From an archaeon (GTDB lineage: Archaea > SpSt-1190 > DYHY01), in assembly GCA_037442745.1 (NCBI GenBank), contig JBBIPP010000002.1, positions 1-64,000 of the forward strand: a stretch of DNA of 64,000 nucleotides, given 5' to 3'. Position numbers and translations under genes: made by a program. How positions within the stretch are numbered: position 1 is the stretch's first letter; each line of letters opens with the position of its first letter. This document shows positions 29,075-38,237 of the stretch, piece by piece. The notes below the pieces were generated by a model. That model ran no database searches. It was not told the DNA's origin and worked only from the letters and a program-made list of their open reading frames with translations.

Positions 29075-30499
29075 ATGGCAGAAACAACGAGAGGAAATAT
29101 TGAGCTGATTTTTTCAAAAAGCCCGAAAAAAACGGGCGCGGGAAAGATTGAGCTTGTCCTCCAGTCTGACGACCCTTTTGCAGGAAAGCTCTTGAAAGTC
29201 TTGCCCTCAAAGTCGGGCGGAGCGACAATTGGCCTTGGAACTGAGAAGGACTTTTCGGACCCGGAAAACCTGAGGCGGGCAGGTGGGAAGGCAGTCCAAT
29301 ATGTTGTCCAAGTCCTTGAGCATGAGGAGCTCGTTCTCTCTGAGAAGACATCAAAGAAAATTCTTTCGAACAAGAGGCTACTTGCGGCATTTGTCGAAGG
29401 GGCAATTCTTGCCGGATATTCCTTTGACAAGTACAAAACGGAGGGAATTGAGGATAGAAAGCGCCTCTTGAAAATAGTCCTGAATGCGCCGTCCTCCCGG
29501 GAAGTTCTCGAGGCGAAAACAGTTGCCGAATGCGCTAACTGGGCGCGGGAAATACAAAACGAGCCGGCAAACATAGCTACTCCGACAATGCTCTCCCTTC
29601 TCGCTGCGAAGGAGGCGAAGGTTTTCGGCCTATCATGCAAAATATACGGAAGGGCCGAAATGGAACGCCTGGGAATGAACGCAATAATCGCGGTCGGCAA
29701 GGGAAGCTCAGAAGAGCCCAAACTAATTGTCTTAGAATATTTCCCAAAGACTGGAGTTGCGAAGAAGAAGATTGGAATTGTCGGGAAAGGTGTGTGCTTT
29801 GATTCCGGCGGGATATCTATCAAGCCTTCCAGGGGAATGGATGAGATGAAGTTCGACAAGAGCGGGGCAATATCAGCCCTCGCCCTCGCCAGATACGCCT
29901 CAATTGCAAAAGTTCCCTACCACATTGTTTTCGCAATGCCAGTTGTCGAGAACATGCCGTCCGGCTCCGCGACAAAACCAGGGGACATTATAAGGGCTTT
30001 CAACGGAAAGACAATAGAAATCCTTGACACTGACGCGGAAGGCCGGCTAATACTCTCTGATGCCCTTTCGTTCGTTTCAAGCGAGCACAAGCCGGACGTC
30101 ATAATAGATTTCGCAACGCTCACCGGAGCGTGCGTGGTGGCTCTCGGGGACGTCTGCGCAGGACTTTTCTCAAACGACCCCGGCCTCGCAAATTCGCTCG
30201 TTTCCGCAGGAGAGGCTTCAGGGGAGAGGGTCTGGGAGCTTCCCTTGATGATGAAAGACTATGACGAGAAGGTGAAGAGCGAAATTGCCGATGTCAAAAA
30301 TCTCGGAGAATCCGGGCAGGCTGGCGCGACCGCTGGTGCAAGTCTCCTCAAGTTATTTGTTGGGGAGAAAATCCGCTGGGCGCACATTGACATTGCGGGG
30401 ACTGCCTGGACAACGAAACCCAAAAACTACTTCCTTTCAAAGGGCGGAACCGGTTTCGGAGTAAGGCTTGTTGCGGAATACCTGAAGGACGGGAAATAG
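29075..30499 (+). CDS. pepA: Leucyl aminopeptidase (M17)
   Basis: VGKGVCFDSGGISIK, MKFD, ENMPSG, DTDAEGRLILSD, DFATLTGA, WAHIDIAG. Confidence 0.96.
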   Translation: MAETTRGNIELIFSKSPKKTGAGKIELVLQSDDPFAGKLLKVLPSKSGGATIGLGTEKDFSDPENLRRAGGKAVQYVVQVLEHEELVLSEKTSKKILSNKRLLAAFVEGAILAGYSFDKYKTEGIEDRKRLLKIVLNAPSSREVLEAKTVAECANWAREIQNEPANIATPTMLSLLAAKEAKVFGLSCKIYGRAEMERLGMNAIIAVGKGSSEEPKLIVLEYFPKTGVAKKKIGIVGKGVCFDSGGISIKPSRGMDEMKFDKSGAISALALARYASIAKVPYHIVFAMPVVENMPSGSATKPGDIIRAFNGKTIEILDTDAEGRLILSDALSFVSSEHKPDVIIDFATLTGACVVALGDVCAGLFSNDPGLANSLVSAGEASGERVWELPLMMKDYDEKVKSEIADVKNLGESGQAGATAGASLLKLFVGEKIRWAHIDIAGTAWTTKPKNYFLSKGGTGFGVRLVAEYLKDGK

Positions 30500-30552
30500 G
30501 AAAAGGGAATTTCTCGAGGACAGTTTCTGGGCGTAACCGGGAACTGCGCGGT

Positions 30553-30885
30553 TCAGGCATACTCTTTCCAGGTATAGTTGCATTTAACGCACTTGTAGAA
30601 CCTGGTTGCTGGTTCGTCGACTCCCCTTGTCTGGACCATCCACCATATTGCGCCAATGTTCTTGCATCTCGGGCACTCCACAGCTATTTTCGAGACATTC
30701 TTCATGTGCTTTTCGTTGTCAATTACCGGAATTGCGCTTTCCTTCTGGTCGAAGGTCTTCGTCATTGTGAAGCCTTCCTTTGAAGTGTCCTTCGCTCCAC
30801 ATTTCCTGCAGACGATTTTCACCTTGCCCCCCTTTTCTTCGGATGAGGGAATCATCAGACCGCCGCATTTCTTGCAGAATTTCAT
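30553..30885 (-). CDS. tfs: Transcription factor S (TFS)
   Basis: MKFCKKCGGLM...CRKCG and CPRC...QTRGVDEPATRFYKCVKC (acidic DE hairpin). Confidence 0.95.
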   Translation of the reverse strand: MKFCKKCGGLMIPSSEEKGGKVKIVCRKCGAKDTSKEGFTMTKTFDQKESAIPVIDNEKHMKNVSKIAVECPRCKNIGAIWWMVQTRGVDEPATRFYKCVKCNYTWKEYA

Positions 30886-30934
30886 CTCAGAATATCCCAA
30901 AAAACGCTTTAAAAATCTGTCCTTTGAAGCACTT

Positions 30935-31531
30935 TCACTCGTAGAGACCCTTGCAGAGGCCGATTGCCCCGCAGGCCTGCATTGGAATTACCTTCACATA
31001 GCCTAGGAAGGGTATTACGAAAACCACTTTGCCCCTCGTTTCAGAGTGTGGAATTAGCCAGCGGTCCTCTGCCGGGTTGTGGTCGCCCTTTGTCCGATAG
31101 TAAACCTTTCCGGAAGAGTTCTTTGTTTTCCCAATAATTCTGTGTATTATAGGATAGTTCGCGCCTGGTGCGTTGAAAACAAGGACATCTCCTATTGCAT
31201 ATTCCTTCTCAGAGCCCTTTACAACCAGGACGTCGCCCTTCCTGAATCCGGTCGGTATCGGGAAAGAGGCTATCTCTTCCCTTGAAAAGCCGGCCGACTG
31301 GAGATAGGAATAATGGACTTTCTCGGAAGTAGAGTCGTGCTCCATGCTCCCGCTCATTATTGCAACAAGCGGGGTGCTCGTCCCGAGGGCGAAATTCAGG
31401 ATGTTTCCGACAACAAAAGAGAGTATTACCGCAAAGGATATCCAGAGCGCCCAGTCCCTTAGCTCAGTTAGGAGAGGGCCCAGGTCAAATTTTTCCTTTC
31501 TTTTTTTGGATTCCTTTTCTTCCTTTCCCAT
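30935..31531 (-). CDS. Signal peptidase I (archaeal Sec11 type)
   Basis: IMSGSMEH, GDV, PIIHRII, TKGDHN. Start at ATG 31531. Confidence 0.92.
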   Translation of the reverse strand: MGKEEKESKKRKEKFDLGPLLTELRDWALWISFAVILSFVVGNILNFALGTSTPLVAIMSGSMEHDSTSEKVHYSYLQSAGFSREEIASFPIPTGFRKGDVLVVKGSEKEYAIGDVLVFNAPGANYPIIHRIIGKTKNSSGKVYYRTKGDHNPAEDRWLIPHSETRGKVVFVIPFLGYVKVIPMQACGAIGLCKGLYE

Positions 31532-31769
31532 CCCGTGTACCTCTCTTGGCACCAGATTCCCTGCCCTTAAAAAATATGCCTGCCGAGAGGACGAGACAGG
31601 CTCCGGCAATAACGAACAGGCGCCAGAAATTCGGGAAAAACGCTGAGAGGACGAGGGAAATCCCGACAACGCTCAGGTATCCGAGGCCTGTCCCATTTCC
31701 AGTCAAGACAAGGGAAACGCCCGAGAGGATTAGTGAAATCTCGAGAATTCCGAACTGGAAAAGCACCAT
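31485..31769 (-). CDS. Small membrane protein
   Basis: Three hydrophobic segments and a basic tail, with a TATA-like element 23 nt upstream. Confidence 0.55.
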   Translation of the reverse strand: MVLFQFGILEISLILSGVSLVLTGNGTGLGYLSVVGISLVLSAFFPNFWRLFVIAGACLVLSAGIFFKGRESGAKRGTRDGKGRKGIQKKKGKI

Positions 31770-31804
31770 TCTTTATTTAAATCTCGGGCAGGTATTAAAC
31801 TCCG

Positions 31805-32284
31805 ATGGTCACAGAACCGGAAAAGCAGGCGGGATCCGCCCCGATTGACGGAAATTACTGGACATACTGGGTTCACAAGGTCCAAGAGCTCTGGAAAAGG
31901 GTTGAGGCAATTGAGGAGAGGCTCGATGCCCTAGAAGTCCTAACAGAAGAGTCAGACGGAGAGGACTCGGAAACCGCTCCGGCTCCGGAAGCAGTCTCGA
32001 CTCTTCGGAAGGAGACCGAAAAGCTCTATTCGGAGAGGGGAAAGGATGTCACTCCCTCACTAACTGAGCGGGAGCTAACCGTCTGCATGGCGTTAAAAGA
32101 GCTCGGGAAAGGGGCCACTCTTGAGGAGATAAACTCTCACCTGAAGAACTCCCGGATGATTTCGGAGGGGCTAAGAGACACCCTTGTCGCCAGACTCAAG
32201 GGAGCAGTCGAGAAGGGATATGTTGCATATGACGATTCGGCAAAGAAGTTTTTCCTTTCAAGGAAGACTTTTCTTGTGGAGTGA
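31805..32284 (+). CDS. Coiled-coil plus winged-helix protein
   Basis: ELWKRVEAIEERLDALE coiled coil. LTERELTVCMAL...ATLEEI...LKGAVEKGYVAYD wHTH pattern. Confidence 0.6.
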   Translation: MVTEPEKQAGSAPIDGNYWTYWVHKVQELWKRVEAIEERLDALEVLTEESDGEDSETAPAPEAVSTLRKETEKLYSERGKDVTPSLTERELTVCMALKELGKGATLEEINSHLKNSRMISEGLRDTLVARLKGAVEKGYVAYDDSAKKFFLSRKTFLVE

Positions 32285-32292
32285 ATTAACGG

Positions 32293-33024
32293 ATGGCACA
32301 GCAGGAGGACTTTTCGCCCGGAAGGAAAAAATTCCATCCAGTAACGCACTCCGAAAAGGAAGGCGGTGAGCGGATACGGATACACCCTTTCATATTTCCA
32401 GAGGACAACTATCCGTTCGGGGAATCCGGAAAATCTAGGGCAACTCCTTTGGGAAAAAGAAGGGAATATCCGGACGAAAGCGCGGAAGAATCCGAGATTT
32501 TCGCGAAAATACGCGGGGACAAGTCAATAATTCCCGGCAACACAGACCTCTTCGAGAGGGGTGGATTCGGGGAAATAGAGGGGGATTCGCTCGAGCTCTC
32601 GGCTGAAGAGACAATGTACCTTTTCGAGAAAGGCAAGCTCGCAGTAATACTTCCAGAGGGGAAAAAGGCGAGGGATTTCGACCGGGTTCTCCTCGAGTTC
32701 CGAAACATTCTTCCGGAAATATACATAAGATACCAGCTCTACCGGGATCTCAGGGACAGGGGATATGTTGTCCGTAGCGGACTGAAATACGGGACGCACT
32801 TTAGGGTATATGACCGGGGAGTCAAGCCCACCCGCGGTGAGCGGGAAACTTGGGAGCACGCGAAATTCCTCGCCCATTCAATACCCGAATCAGCAGTCTA
32901 TACAATATCCGAGCTCTCACGGTTCGTCAGGCTAGCTCACTCTGTCAGGAAGACTTTGTGGCTAGGAGTCGTTGACGGCGAAGGGGATGTGAGCTATTTC
33001 CAGATAACAAGAGCAACCCCTTGA
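32293..33024 (+). CDS. endA: tRNA-intron endonuclease
   Basis: LELSAEETMYL, YRDLRDRGYVVRSGLKYGTHFRVY, EHA, RLAHSVRK (Y-H-K triad). About 65 aa N-terminal extension; start uncertain. Confidence 0.93.
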   Translation: MAQQEDFSPGRKKFHPVTHSEKEGGERIRIHPFIFPEDNYPFGESGKSRATPLGKRREYPDESAEESEIFAKIRGDKSIIPGNTDLFERGGFGEIEGDSLELSAEETMYLFEKGKLAVILPEGKKARDFDRVLLEFRNILPEIYIRYQLYRDLRDRGYVVRSGLKYGTHFRVYDRGVKPTRGERETWEHAKFLAHSIPESAVYTISELSRFVRLAHSVRKTLWLGVVDGEGDVSYFQITRATP

Positions 33025-33148
33025 TTTTTTTGGAAATGTTACGAGGTCCCGAAAATCTGTGGCGGGCGACCGCTTAGAAATTTCGGAAAAGTCCAGAAAA
33101 AGAAAGACGAAACAATTCAACCAAGGAAAGAAAAATCGAACAGCCCGT

Positions 33149-33625
33149 TCAGTTCAATTTCCCTTCTTCAAGGGCTTTTAGGGCTTCTTTTCCCTTCATT
33201 CCCTCGACAGTTATTCCCATTGAGACACAGGTTCCGACAAGCTGTTTCAGGGCAGTCTTTTCGCTCCTGAAATGGAGCTTTGTCTCCTTTTTCTCGAGGA
33301 TTTTCTTTAATTGGGAGAATTTCAGGTTCCCGACAGTCTCCTGGCCCTTGCCAGCCTCACCTTTTGCTCCCAATGACAGACCAAGCTCCTTTTTGATGAA
33401 CTCGCTAGTGGAAGGAGTCCCGACATTGACTGTAAAAGTCTTGTCGGAAGTGTTCACCGCAATTGTGACCGGAACCCGCATTCCCGAGAAATCCTTTGTG
33501 GCTGAGTTTATCTGGGCAACAACCTGCCCGGGGTTCACTCCCATCGGAGCCAAGGCCGGCCCAAGAGGAGGTCCTGCAGTCGCTTTCATTGCTTCGACAA
33601 CAACATTGATTTTCGAGATTGCCAT
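33149..33625 (-). CDS. rpl11: 50S ribosomal protein L11
   Basis: ATAGPPLGPAL, INSATKDFSGMRVPV, GTCVSMGITVEG. Confidence 0.97.
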   Translation of the reverse strand: MAISKINVVVEAMKATAGPPLGPALAPMGVNPGQVVAQINSATKDFSGMRVPVTIAVNTSDKTFTVNVGTPSTSEFIKKELGLSLGAKGEAGKGQETVGNLKFSQLKKILEKKETKLHFRSEKTALKQLVGTCVSMGITVEGMKGKEALKALEEGKLN

Positions 33626-33648
33626 TGAAAGGAAAGGGGAAAACGGGG

Positions 33649-33657
33649 TTTATAAAA
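33649..33657 (-). promoter_or_regulatory. TATA box of rpl11
   Basis: TTTTATAAA on the minus strand, 23 nt upstream of ATG 33625. Confidence 0.6.
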
Positions 33658-33671
33658 TATTTGGGTGGGAG

Positions 33672-33720
33672 AAAAAAAAAGAATTGAGAGGGGGCAATAC
33701 TGCCCAACACCCCCGAATTC
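33672..33720 (-). terminator. Stem-loop plus U9 tract downstream of spt5
   Basis: Minus strand GAAUUC-GGGGG-UGUU-GGGCA-GUAU-UGCCC-CCUCU-CAAUUC followed by nine U. Confidence 0.55.
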
Positions 33721-33746
33721 CCTGAACTGTGGAACCTCCTCAAAAT

Positions 33747-34247
33747 TCAGCCCCTAGTCTCACTTTCAGCCGAGAGACCAGCCCCTGAATTCAGGTGCTG
33801 GATTACCCGCACCTGCTCCAAGGGAACTGTTACCGGGATTGCGACCGCGGCCTCCACGAACTCTATTGTTATCTCGCGCTTGCCAAGGTCAATTCTAATT
33901 ATTTTCGCCTTTTCTCCCCTGAACGCGCCAGAGACAACCTCAACAATGTCGCCCTTTTCGAGCTCGATTTTTGTCGGTTTCGCCTCGAGGAAATGCTTGA
34001 TTTCGTCAATTTTGACTAGGTGTCTTACAATTCCCCTAACGTGGTTTATTCCGGAGAGGGCTTCTTCAATGTCCCCGACGCTATCCGCCTCGACCAAAAA
34101 GTAGCCTTTCAGCTCCTTTGGTATCAGGACTGCCTTTATTCCATAGACTTTGTTCGTTGTTGCCTGCTTTCTTAGCACTAGGTCGAGTTTTTCAACAACG
34201 CCTTCCTCCCTTCCGACAGTCGTTCTTACAGCATATATTACAGTCAT
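33747..34247 (-). CDS. spt5: Transcription elongation factor Spt5 (NusG)
   Basis: IYAVRTTVGRE, LKGYFLVEA, KOW motif GDIVEVVSGAFRGEKAKI. Confidence 0.96.
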   Translation of the reverse strand: MTVIYAVRTTVGREEGVVEKLDLVLRKQATTNKVYGIKAVLIPKELKGYFLVEADSVGDIEEALSGINHVRGIVRHLVKIDEIKHFLEAKPTKIELEKGDIVEVVSGAFRGEKAKIIRIDLGKREITIEFVEAAVAIPVTVPLEQVRVIQHLNSGAGLSAESETRG

Positions 34248-34269
34248 TTTTCGTTTTCGCACTTCCTTC

Positions 34270-34437
34270 CTATATTTTCAAGAGAGTGAATATCAGGGTT
34301 ATTATCAGCCCGATTGCACCCATTACCAGGAGGCCGAGGCCAGTCAATTTCGCTATTTTGAGATATTCCTTCCAGGACGGCCTCTTTGCAACCTTTAGCA
34401 CTCTAAAATAATCGCTTAATTTTTCCTTCAAACCCAC
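34270..34437 (-). CDS. secE: Protein translocase subunit SecE/Sec61 gamma (absent from the ORF track)
   Basis: Manual translation MGLKEKLSDYFRVLKVAKRPSWKEYLKIAKLTGLGLLVMGAIGLII..., in the canonical position between ftsZ and spt5. Confidence 0.93.
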   Translation of the reverse strand: MGLKEKLSDYFRVLKVAKRPSWKEYLKIAKLTGLGLLVMGAIGLIITLIFTLLKI

Positions 34438-35602
34438 CGGTCTTTTTCCCCCCCTTTTCCTGCTGGCCCGTGGCCGAGACGCCCTCCGAGTTGATAAAAG
34501 AGATTCCTAGGGATTTCTCCATTTTCTCCTTTCTCTTCTGCTCGAACACCTTTTCCCGCGACATCAGCTGGGACGATTGGACTCCTGTGACAATCAGGAG
34601 GACCTTTATTGATTCCTTCATGCTGTCTTCCACCCGCGCGCCCCAGATAACCTTCGCGCCGACATCCAACTTGTCTGAGACAACCGAGACTATTTGCCTT
34701 GATTCCTCCAAAGTGAGGTCAGGCCCCCCGATTACATCAACAAGGGCTCCCTTGGCTCCGACAATGTCAACATCAAGAAGGGGATTGTTGACTGCCCTCT
34801 GGATTGCTTCGGTTGCCCGGTTATCAGAATCGCTCTCCCCAAGGCCTATTAGAGCAATCCCTCCGCTCTTCATTACTGCCCTGACATCAGCGAAATCGAG
34901 GTTTATCAGACCGGGCTTTGTTATTAGTTCAGTAATTCCCTTCACCGCATTGACAAGGAGCTCGTCAGCAACCTTGAAAGCAGTTGCTATCGGGATGTCA
35001 GGGACAATCTGCAAAAGCTTGTCGTTCGGCACAATTATCAGTGTGTCGACAGTTGTCTCAAGCTTTGCAAGGCCGACTGAAGCGTTGTCCCACCTGTGCT
35101 TTCCTTCCATCTCGAAGGGAAGCGTTGCGACCCCGATAACGAGCGCGCCCATTTTCTTTGCAATTTCGGAGACAACTGGAGCGCTTCCTGTGCCTGTTCC
35201 GCCCCCAAGACCACAGGTTACAAAGACCAAGTCCGCTCCAGAAAGAGCCTGCTTGATATCGGGTTCAGTCTCCCTTGCCGCAGCCTCTCCGACTGACGGG
35301 TCCGCTCCCGCTCCGAGACCTGCGGTAGTCTCCCGCCCAATCAATATTTTCTTGTTCGCCTTGATTTTCATCAGGTCCTGGGCATCGGTGTTTACTGCGA
35401 TAATTTCAGCGCCCTCAATTCCCAGCTCCATCATGCGGTCAACCGAGTTCCCCCCGGCCCCTCCGCACCCGACAACCTTTATCACAGCTCTTGCGCCGGA
35501 AAAATCGCTCGTGTCGTTTGATATTTCCCGAGTCTTCTTTTCCTGCTCAGCCACGCGCCCAATTGCGTTCTGGATTAAGCCTCTCATAATGTTTTCACTC
35601 AA
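34403..35602 (-). CDS. ftsZ: Cell division protein FtsZ
   Basis: GCGGAGGN, NTDAQDL, GLGAG, GLGGGTGTG, NLDFADV. Confidence 0.98.
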   Translation of the reverse strand: MSENIMRGLIQNAIGRVAEQEKKTREISNDTSDFSGARAVIKVVGCGGAGGNSVDRMMELGIEGAEIIAVNTDAQDLMKIKANKKILIGRETTAGLGAGADPSVGEAAARETEPDIKQALSGADLVFVTCGLGGGTGTGSAPVVSEIAKKMGALVIGVATLPFEMEGKHRWDNASVGLAKLETTVDTLIIVPNDKLLQIVPDIPIATAFKVADELLVNAVKGITELITKPGLINLDFADVRAVMKSGGIALIGLGESDSDNRATEAIQRAVNNPLLDVDIVGAKGALVDVIGGPDLTLEESRQIVSVVSDKLDVGAKVIWGARVEDSMKESIKVLLIVTGVQSSQLMSREKVFEQKRKEKMEKSLGISFINSEGVSATGQQEKGGKKTGGFEGKIKRLF

Positions 35603-36260
35603 ACAAGTAGCTGAATTTAACCTTTTTTATTTCAGGTATTCCCGATTTTGTTTCCTCGGCAATTTCAGCCATTGTTTCCTTTGGTATCGGGTTGTCCGCA
35701 GGGACAATAACTTCAGCAGAGTCGCCATTTACCGAGAAATTGCTTTCCTGGCCCTTGTGGGCATTGAGCCTGAGGATGCCGGCGAACTTTTCCTTCACGT
35801 CAGTTACGATTTTTTCAAGTGTGAACTCGTACTCAACGTCCTTTCCGGCAAGAGGGTGGTTAAAGTCAATGACAACCCTTCCTCCAGTGACAGACTGGAC
35901 TTTGCCCATTAGCCCACGGACATTCACAATCATTCCGGGCATTGGCTTTTTTTCCTTGAAAATCTTGTCCAGGACAGTCTGGATTTTCCCCGGATCCCTA
36001 GGGCCGAACGCGTCGGAATACCCGAGCCTGACAGTTTTTTTCTCGCCAGGGGACATTTTCAAGACAGCATCTTCCAGGCCCTTTAGCATATGCCCGCTCC
36101 CTAGCCGGACAACCATTGGCCCGTATATCACGTTGTCTGAGAACAAGTTGTGCTCCTTTGCCTCCTTCTCCCCTGTGAGGTCAAAGACTTCCCCAGAGTC
36201 GGCAACTTTTCCAATATAGCTTACAGCAACAAAGTCCCCGATTTTCGGATTTTCCGCCAT
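35595..36260 (-). CDS. FKBP-type peptidyl-prolyl isomerase (long archaeal SlyD type)
   Basis: GDFVAVSYIG...VFD, GLEDA, AFGPRD, IDFNHPLAGK. Confidence 0.93.
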   Translation of the reverse strand: MAENPKIGDFVAVSYIGKVADSGEVFDLTGEKEAKEHNLFSDNVIYGPMVVRLGSGHMLKGLEDAVLKMSPGEKKTVRLGYSDAFGPRDPGKIQTVLDKIFKEKKPMPGMIVNVRGLMGKVQSVTGGRVVIDFNHPLAGKDVEYEFTLEKIVTDVKEKFAGILRLNAHKGQESNFSVNGDSAEVIVPADNPIPKETMAEIAEETKSGIPEIKKVKFSYLFE

Positions 36261-36374
36261 TTTTCGTTTTTCTCCATTCTTTCCAGTTCCCCCGCTTTTC
36301 TGAAAACAAAAAAGCGGAATAAACCCGAAGTGTTTTTAGGCACTATTTTTAAACTTATGTTGTTCCCCTTAATA

Positions 36375-36755
36375 ATGGCTGAAGAAATCCAAGGGAATCC
36401 GAACAAAAAGCCCCTGCACATACACAAAGAAATAGCAATCCCCGAGAAAATGCCCAAAGTATATGCAATTGGCGCAGCTGGAGGATTCACTCCATACGAT
36501 TTTCGGCTCCTGTTTTTCGATGCCGGAAGGAACGCGCCCGAGGGAAGGGTGGAAGTCGCGCTCTCGCCTTTGGCAGCAAGGGAACTTCGGGACTGGCTAG
36601 ACAACCTGATACGAGATTTCGAGAAGAACATCAGGAAAATAGAGGCTCCGGAGAAATCCGACAAGCCCAAGCGCAAGATGTTCGAGAAGAGGCCCGATTC
36701 AGCGGAGGAAAGCAATTCGTCCGGAGCAGTCTCTTCCCTTAGAATGTTCGGCTAG
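36375..36755 (+). CDS. DUF3467-like protein
   Basis: KVYAIGAAGGFTPYDFRLLF...VALSPLAARELRDWLDNLIRDFEK. ATG 36375 lies 21 nt after TTTTAAA. Confidence 0.7.
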   Translation: MAEEIQGNPNKKPLHIHKEIAIPEKMPKVYAIGAAGGFTPYDFRLLFFDAGRNAPEGRVEVALSPLAARELRDWLDNLIRDFEKNIRKIEAPEKSDKPKRKMFEKRPDSAEESNSSGAVSSLRMFG

Positions 36756-36852
36756 CCAGATTCTTGGGGAAGTCTCCCGAATAGCCCCAAGCTCCTTTGA
36801 TACATACAGAGGCCCGTCCGGCGGACTGACAATTCCCTCTTATTTTCGCGAA

Positions 36853-38202
36853 TCAGTTCCTTTTAATCGGCACATATGCTTCCTCTTCCAAGAGTAGAAG
36901 CATAAGGAAAACGACAACCCCTGTCCCAACTGCCCAGAGCTTTGGCGCAGTTTCGACATAGTCGAACTGGAGCCAGCCAAGGAGGAACACGAGCGAGAAA
37001 TAGACAGAGACCGCAACGTTTCCGACAATCCAGGAGCCAGAGGATGCAAAGAATATTGAGACAATCCCCACAATCAGGAGAGCCAAGACTGCTTGGAAGA
37101 GGATGAATGATGTCCTGAACGCGACAATTCCGGTCGCAACCGCAAGAACAACTCCTAGGAACCTTCTCAGGGATTTCGGAATTCCCGGGAGGTTCTGGGG
37201 GGAGAGGAGGCATACAGCAACTGTCGCGAGGAAAATTATCCCGAGACCATACCAGACGCTCGATAACGAGGGCAGGCCCCATCTTGAGAAAATCGCGCCC
37301 ATGAAATAGGCAGATGTCATCAGGAACCAGACCAGAGGGTCGTCAATTGCGAAGAAGTGGGAGCCAAGAAACCCCTTGGCTGAGAGGCTCTCCAACGCGC
37401 CCTCCACCTTTTCAGTCGCGACTCCGAGCCAGCCGGCAATTACTGGCGAATGTTTTTTGTCGTTACCAAAGCTCTTTGTATATGCGAGCACCTTCTCCTC
37501 GTGCTCCGAGAGCACTCTTGCAGCCATCACATGCTCGTAGAACATCACTCCCGCCGGAACAATTGCAGAGGATGCCATGAGAGCTATCCCGTTCGCGACT
37601 GCCGAGAAAATCCCGAGATATCCGGTGTATTCGTATGTGAACGCCGCAATTCCTACGAACATCAGGGTCTCAATAATGTAGATTCCGGCAACTCCTTTGG
37701 AGAGCTTTGAATATGTCTCGAAAATCGAGGTCATAACTGTTGCTGGCTTTCTCCTCTCGTCGAAATATTTCTTGACAAGGGTGTAATTTATCCCGGCCGC
37801 TGTAGTGAATGTGAACGCGGCGAAGAGCCCCTCAATTCCCGAAGGGGTGTGCCCCAAAGCGAAGAAAATCAGGAGAGTCACAGGAATTGAGAAGACTGCG
37901 GGGTAGAGTATTGTCAATGCCTTCCTGAAGCTCTTGAGCATTACTGTCAGAAGGGTTGATGTTGCGACAACTAGGGATGCGAAAAGGAGGACTGTCGGGC
38001 CGAGGTAAGATGTGAAAATCGGGTCCGATGTTACGAACACGCCTCCGAGGAAAATCAGAAAGGAGAGGAAAAGCACAGCTTTCCAATAATATGTCGCCTC
38101 CCGTGCAAGGGGAGCCATTATCCTGCTATATCCACGATGCTCAATTGGGGAGGAAAGCGCGCCCTGGTGAGAAATGTGCCTTTGACTCGAGTTTGCCATC
38201 AA
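36853..38202 (-). CDS. Polytopic membrane protein: MMPL/RND-like TM module + internal winged helix + extra TMs
   Basis: LKSFRKAL..P...GINY...KYFDER...SAIVPA resembles an MMPL half repeat. LSEHEEKVL...IAGWLGV...VEGALESLSAKGFL resembles a wHTH. Confidence 0.6.
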   Translation of the reverse strand: MMANSSQRHISHQGALSSPIEHRGYSRIMAPLAREATYYWKAVLFLSFLIFLGGVFVTSDPIFTSYLGPTVLLFASLVVATSTLLTVMLKSFRKALTILYPAVFSIPVTLLIFFALGHTPSGIEGLFAAFTFTTAAGINYTLVKKYFDERRKPATVMTSIFETYSKLSKGVAGIYIIETLMFVGIAAFTYEYTGYLGIFSAVANGIALMASSAIVPAGVMFYEHVMAARVLSEHEEKVLAYTKSFGNDKKHSPVIAGWLGVATEKVEGALESLSAKGFLGSHFFAIDDPLVWFLMTSAYFMGAIFSRWGLPSLSSVWYGLGIIFLATVAVCLLSPQNLPGIPKSLRRFLGVVLAVATGIVAFRTSFILFQAVLALLIVGIVSIFFASSGSWIVGNVAVSVYFSLVFLLGWLQFDYVETAPKLWAVGTGVVVFLMLLLLEEEAYVPIKRN

Positions 38203-38237
38203 TTGCAGGAGAAGAGACGTGTTTTTATTCTTTTTCG

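Noticed and set aside
28668-29405. 245-aa version of the RPA-like ORF and other long upstream extensions (6387-7547, 30935-31669, 36150-36755)
   Set aside because: The extensions overlap well-supported neighbouring genes; shorter starts fit homology and promoter spacing.
29075-30499. Variant PepA motifs (DTDAEGR, MKFDKSG) as a sign of inactivity
   Set aside because: The metal-binding Lys/Asp/Glu residues and the catalytic Lys/Arg appear retained.
34470-35912. 480-aa plus-strand ORF
   Set aside because: It is an antisense shadow of ftsZ and the FKBP gene, with no protein-like motifs.
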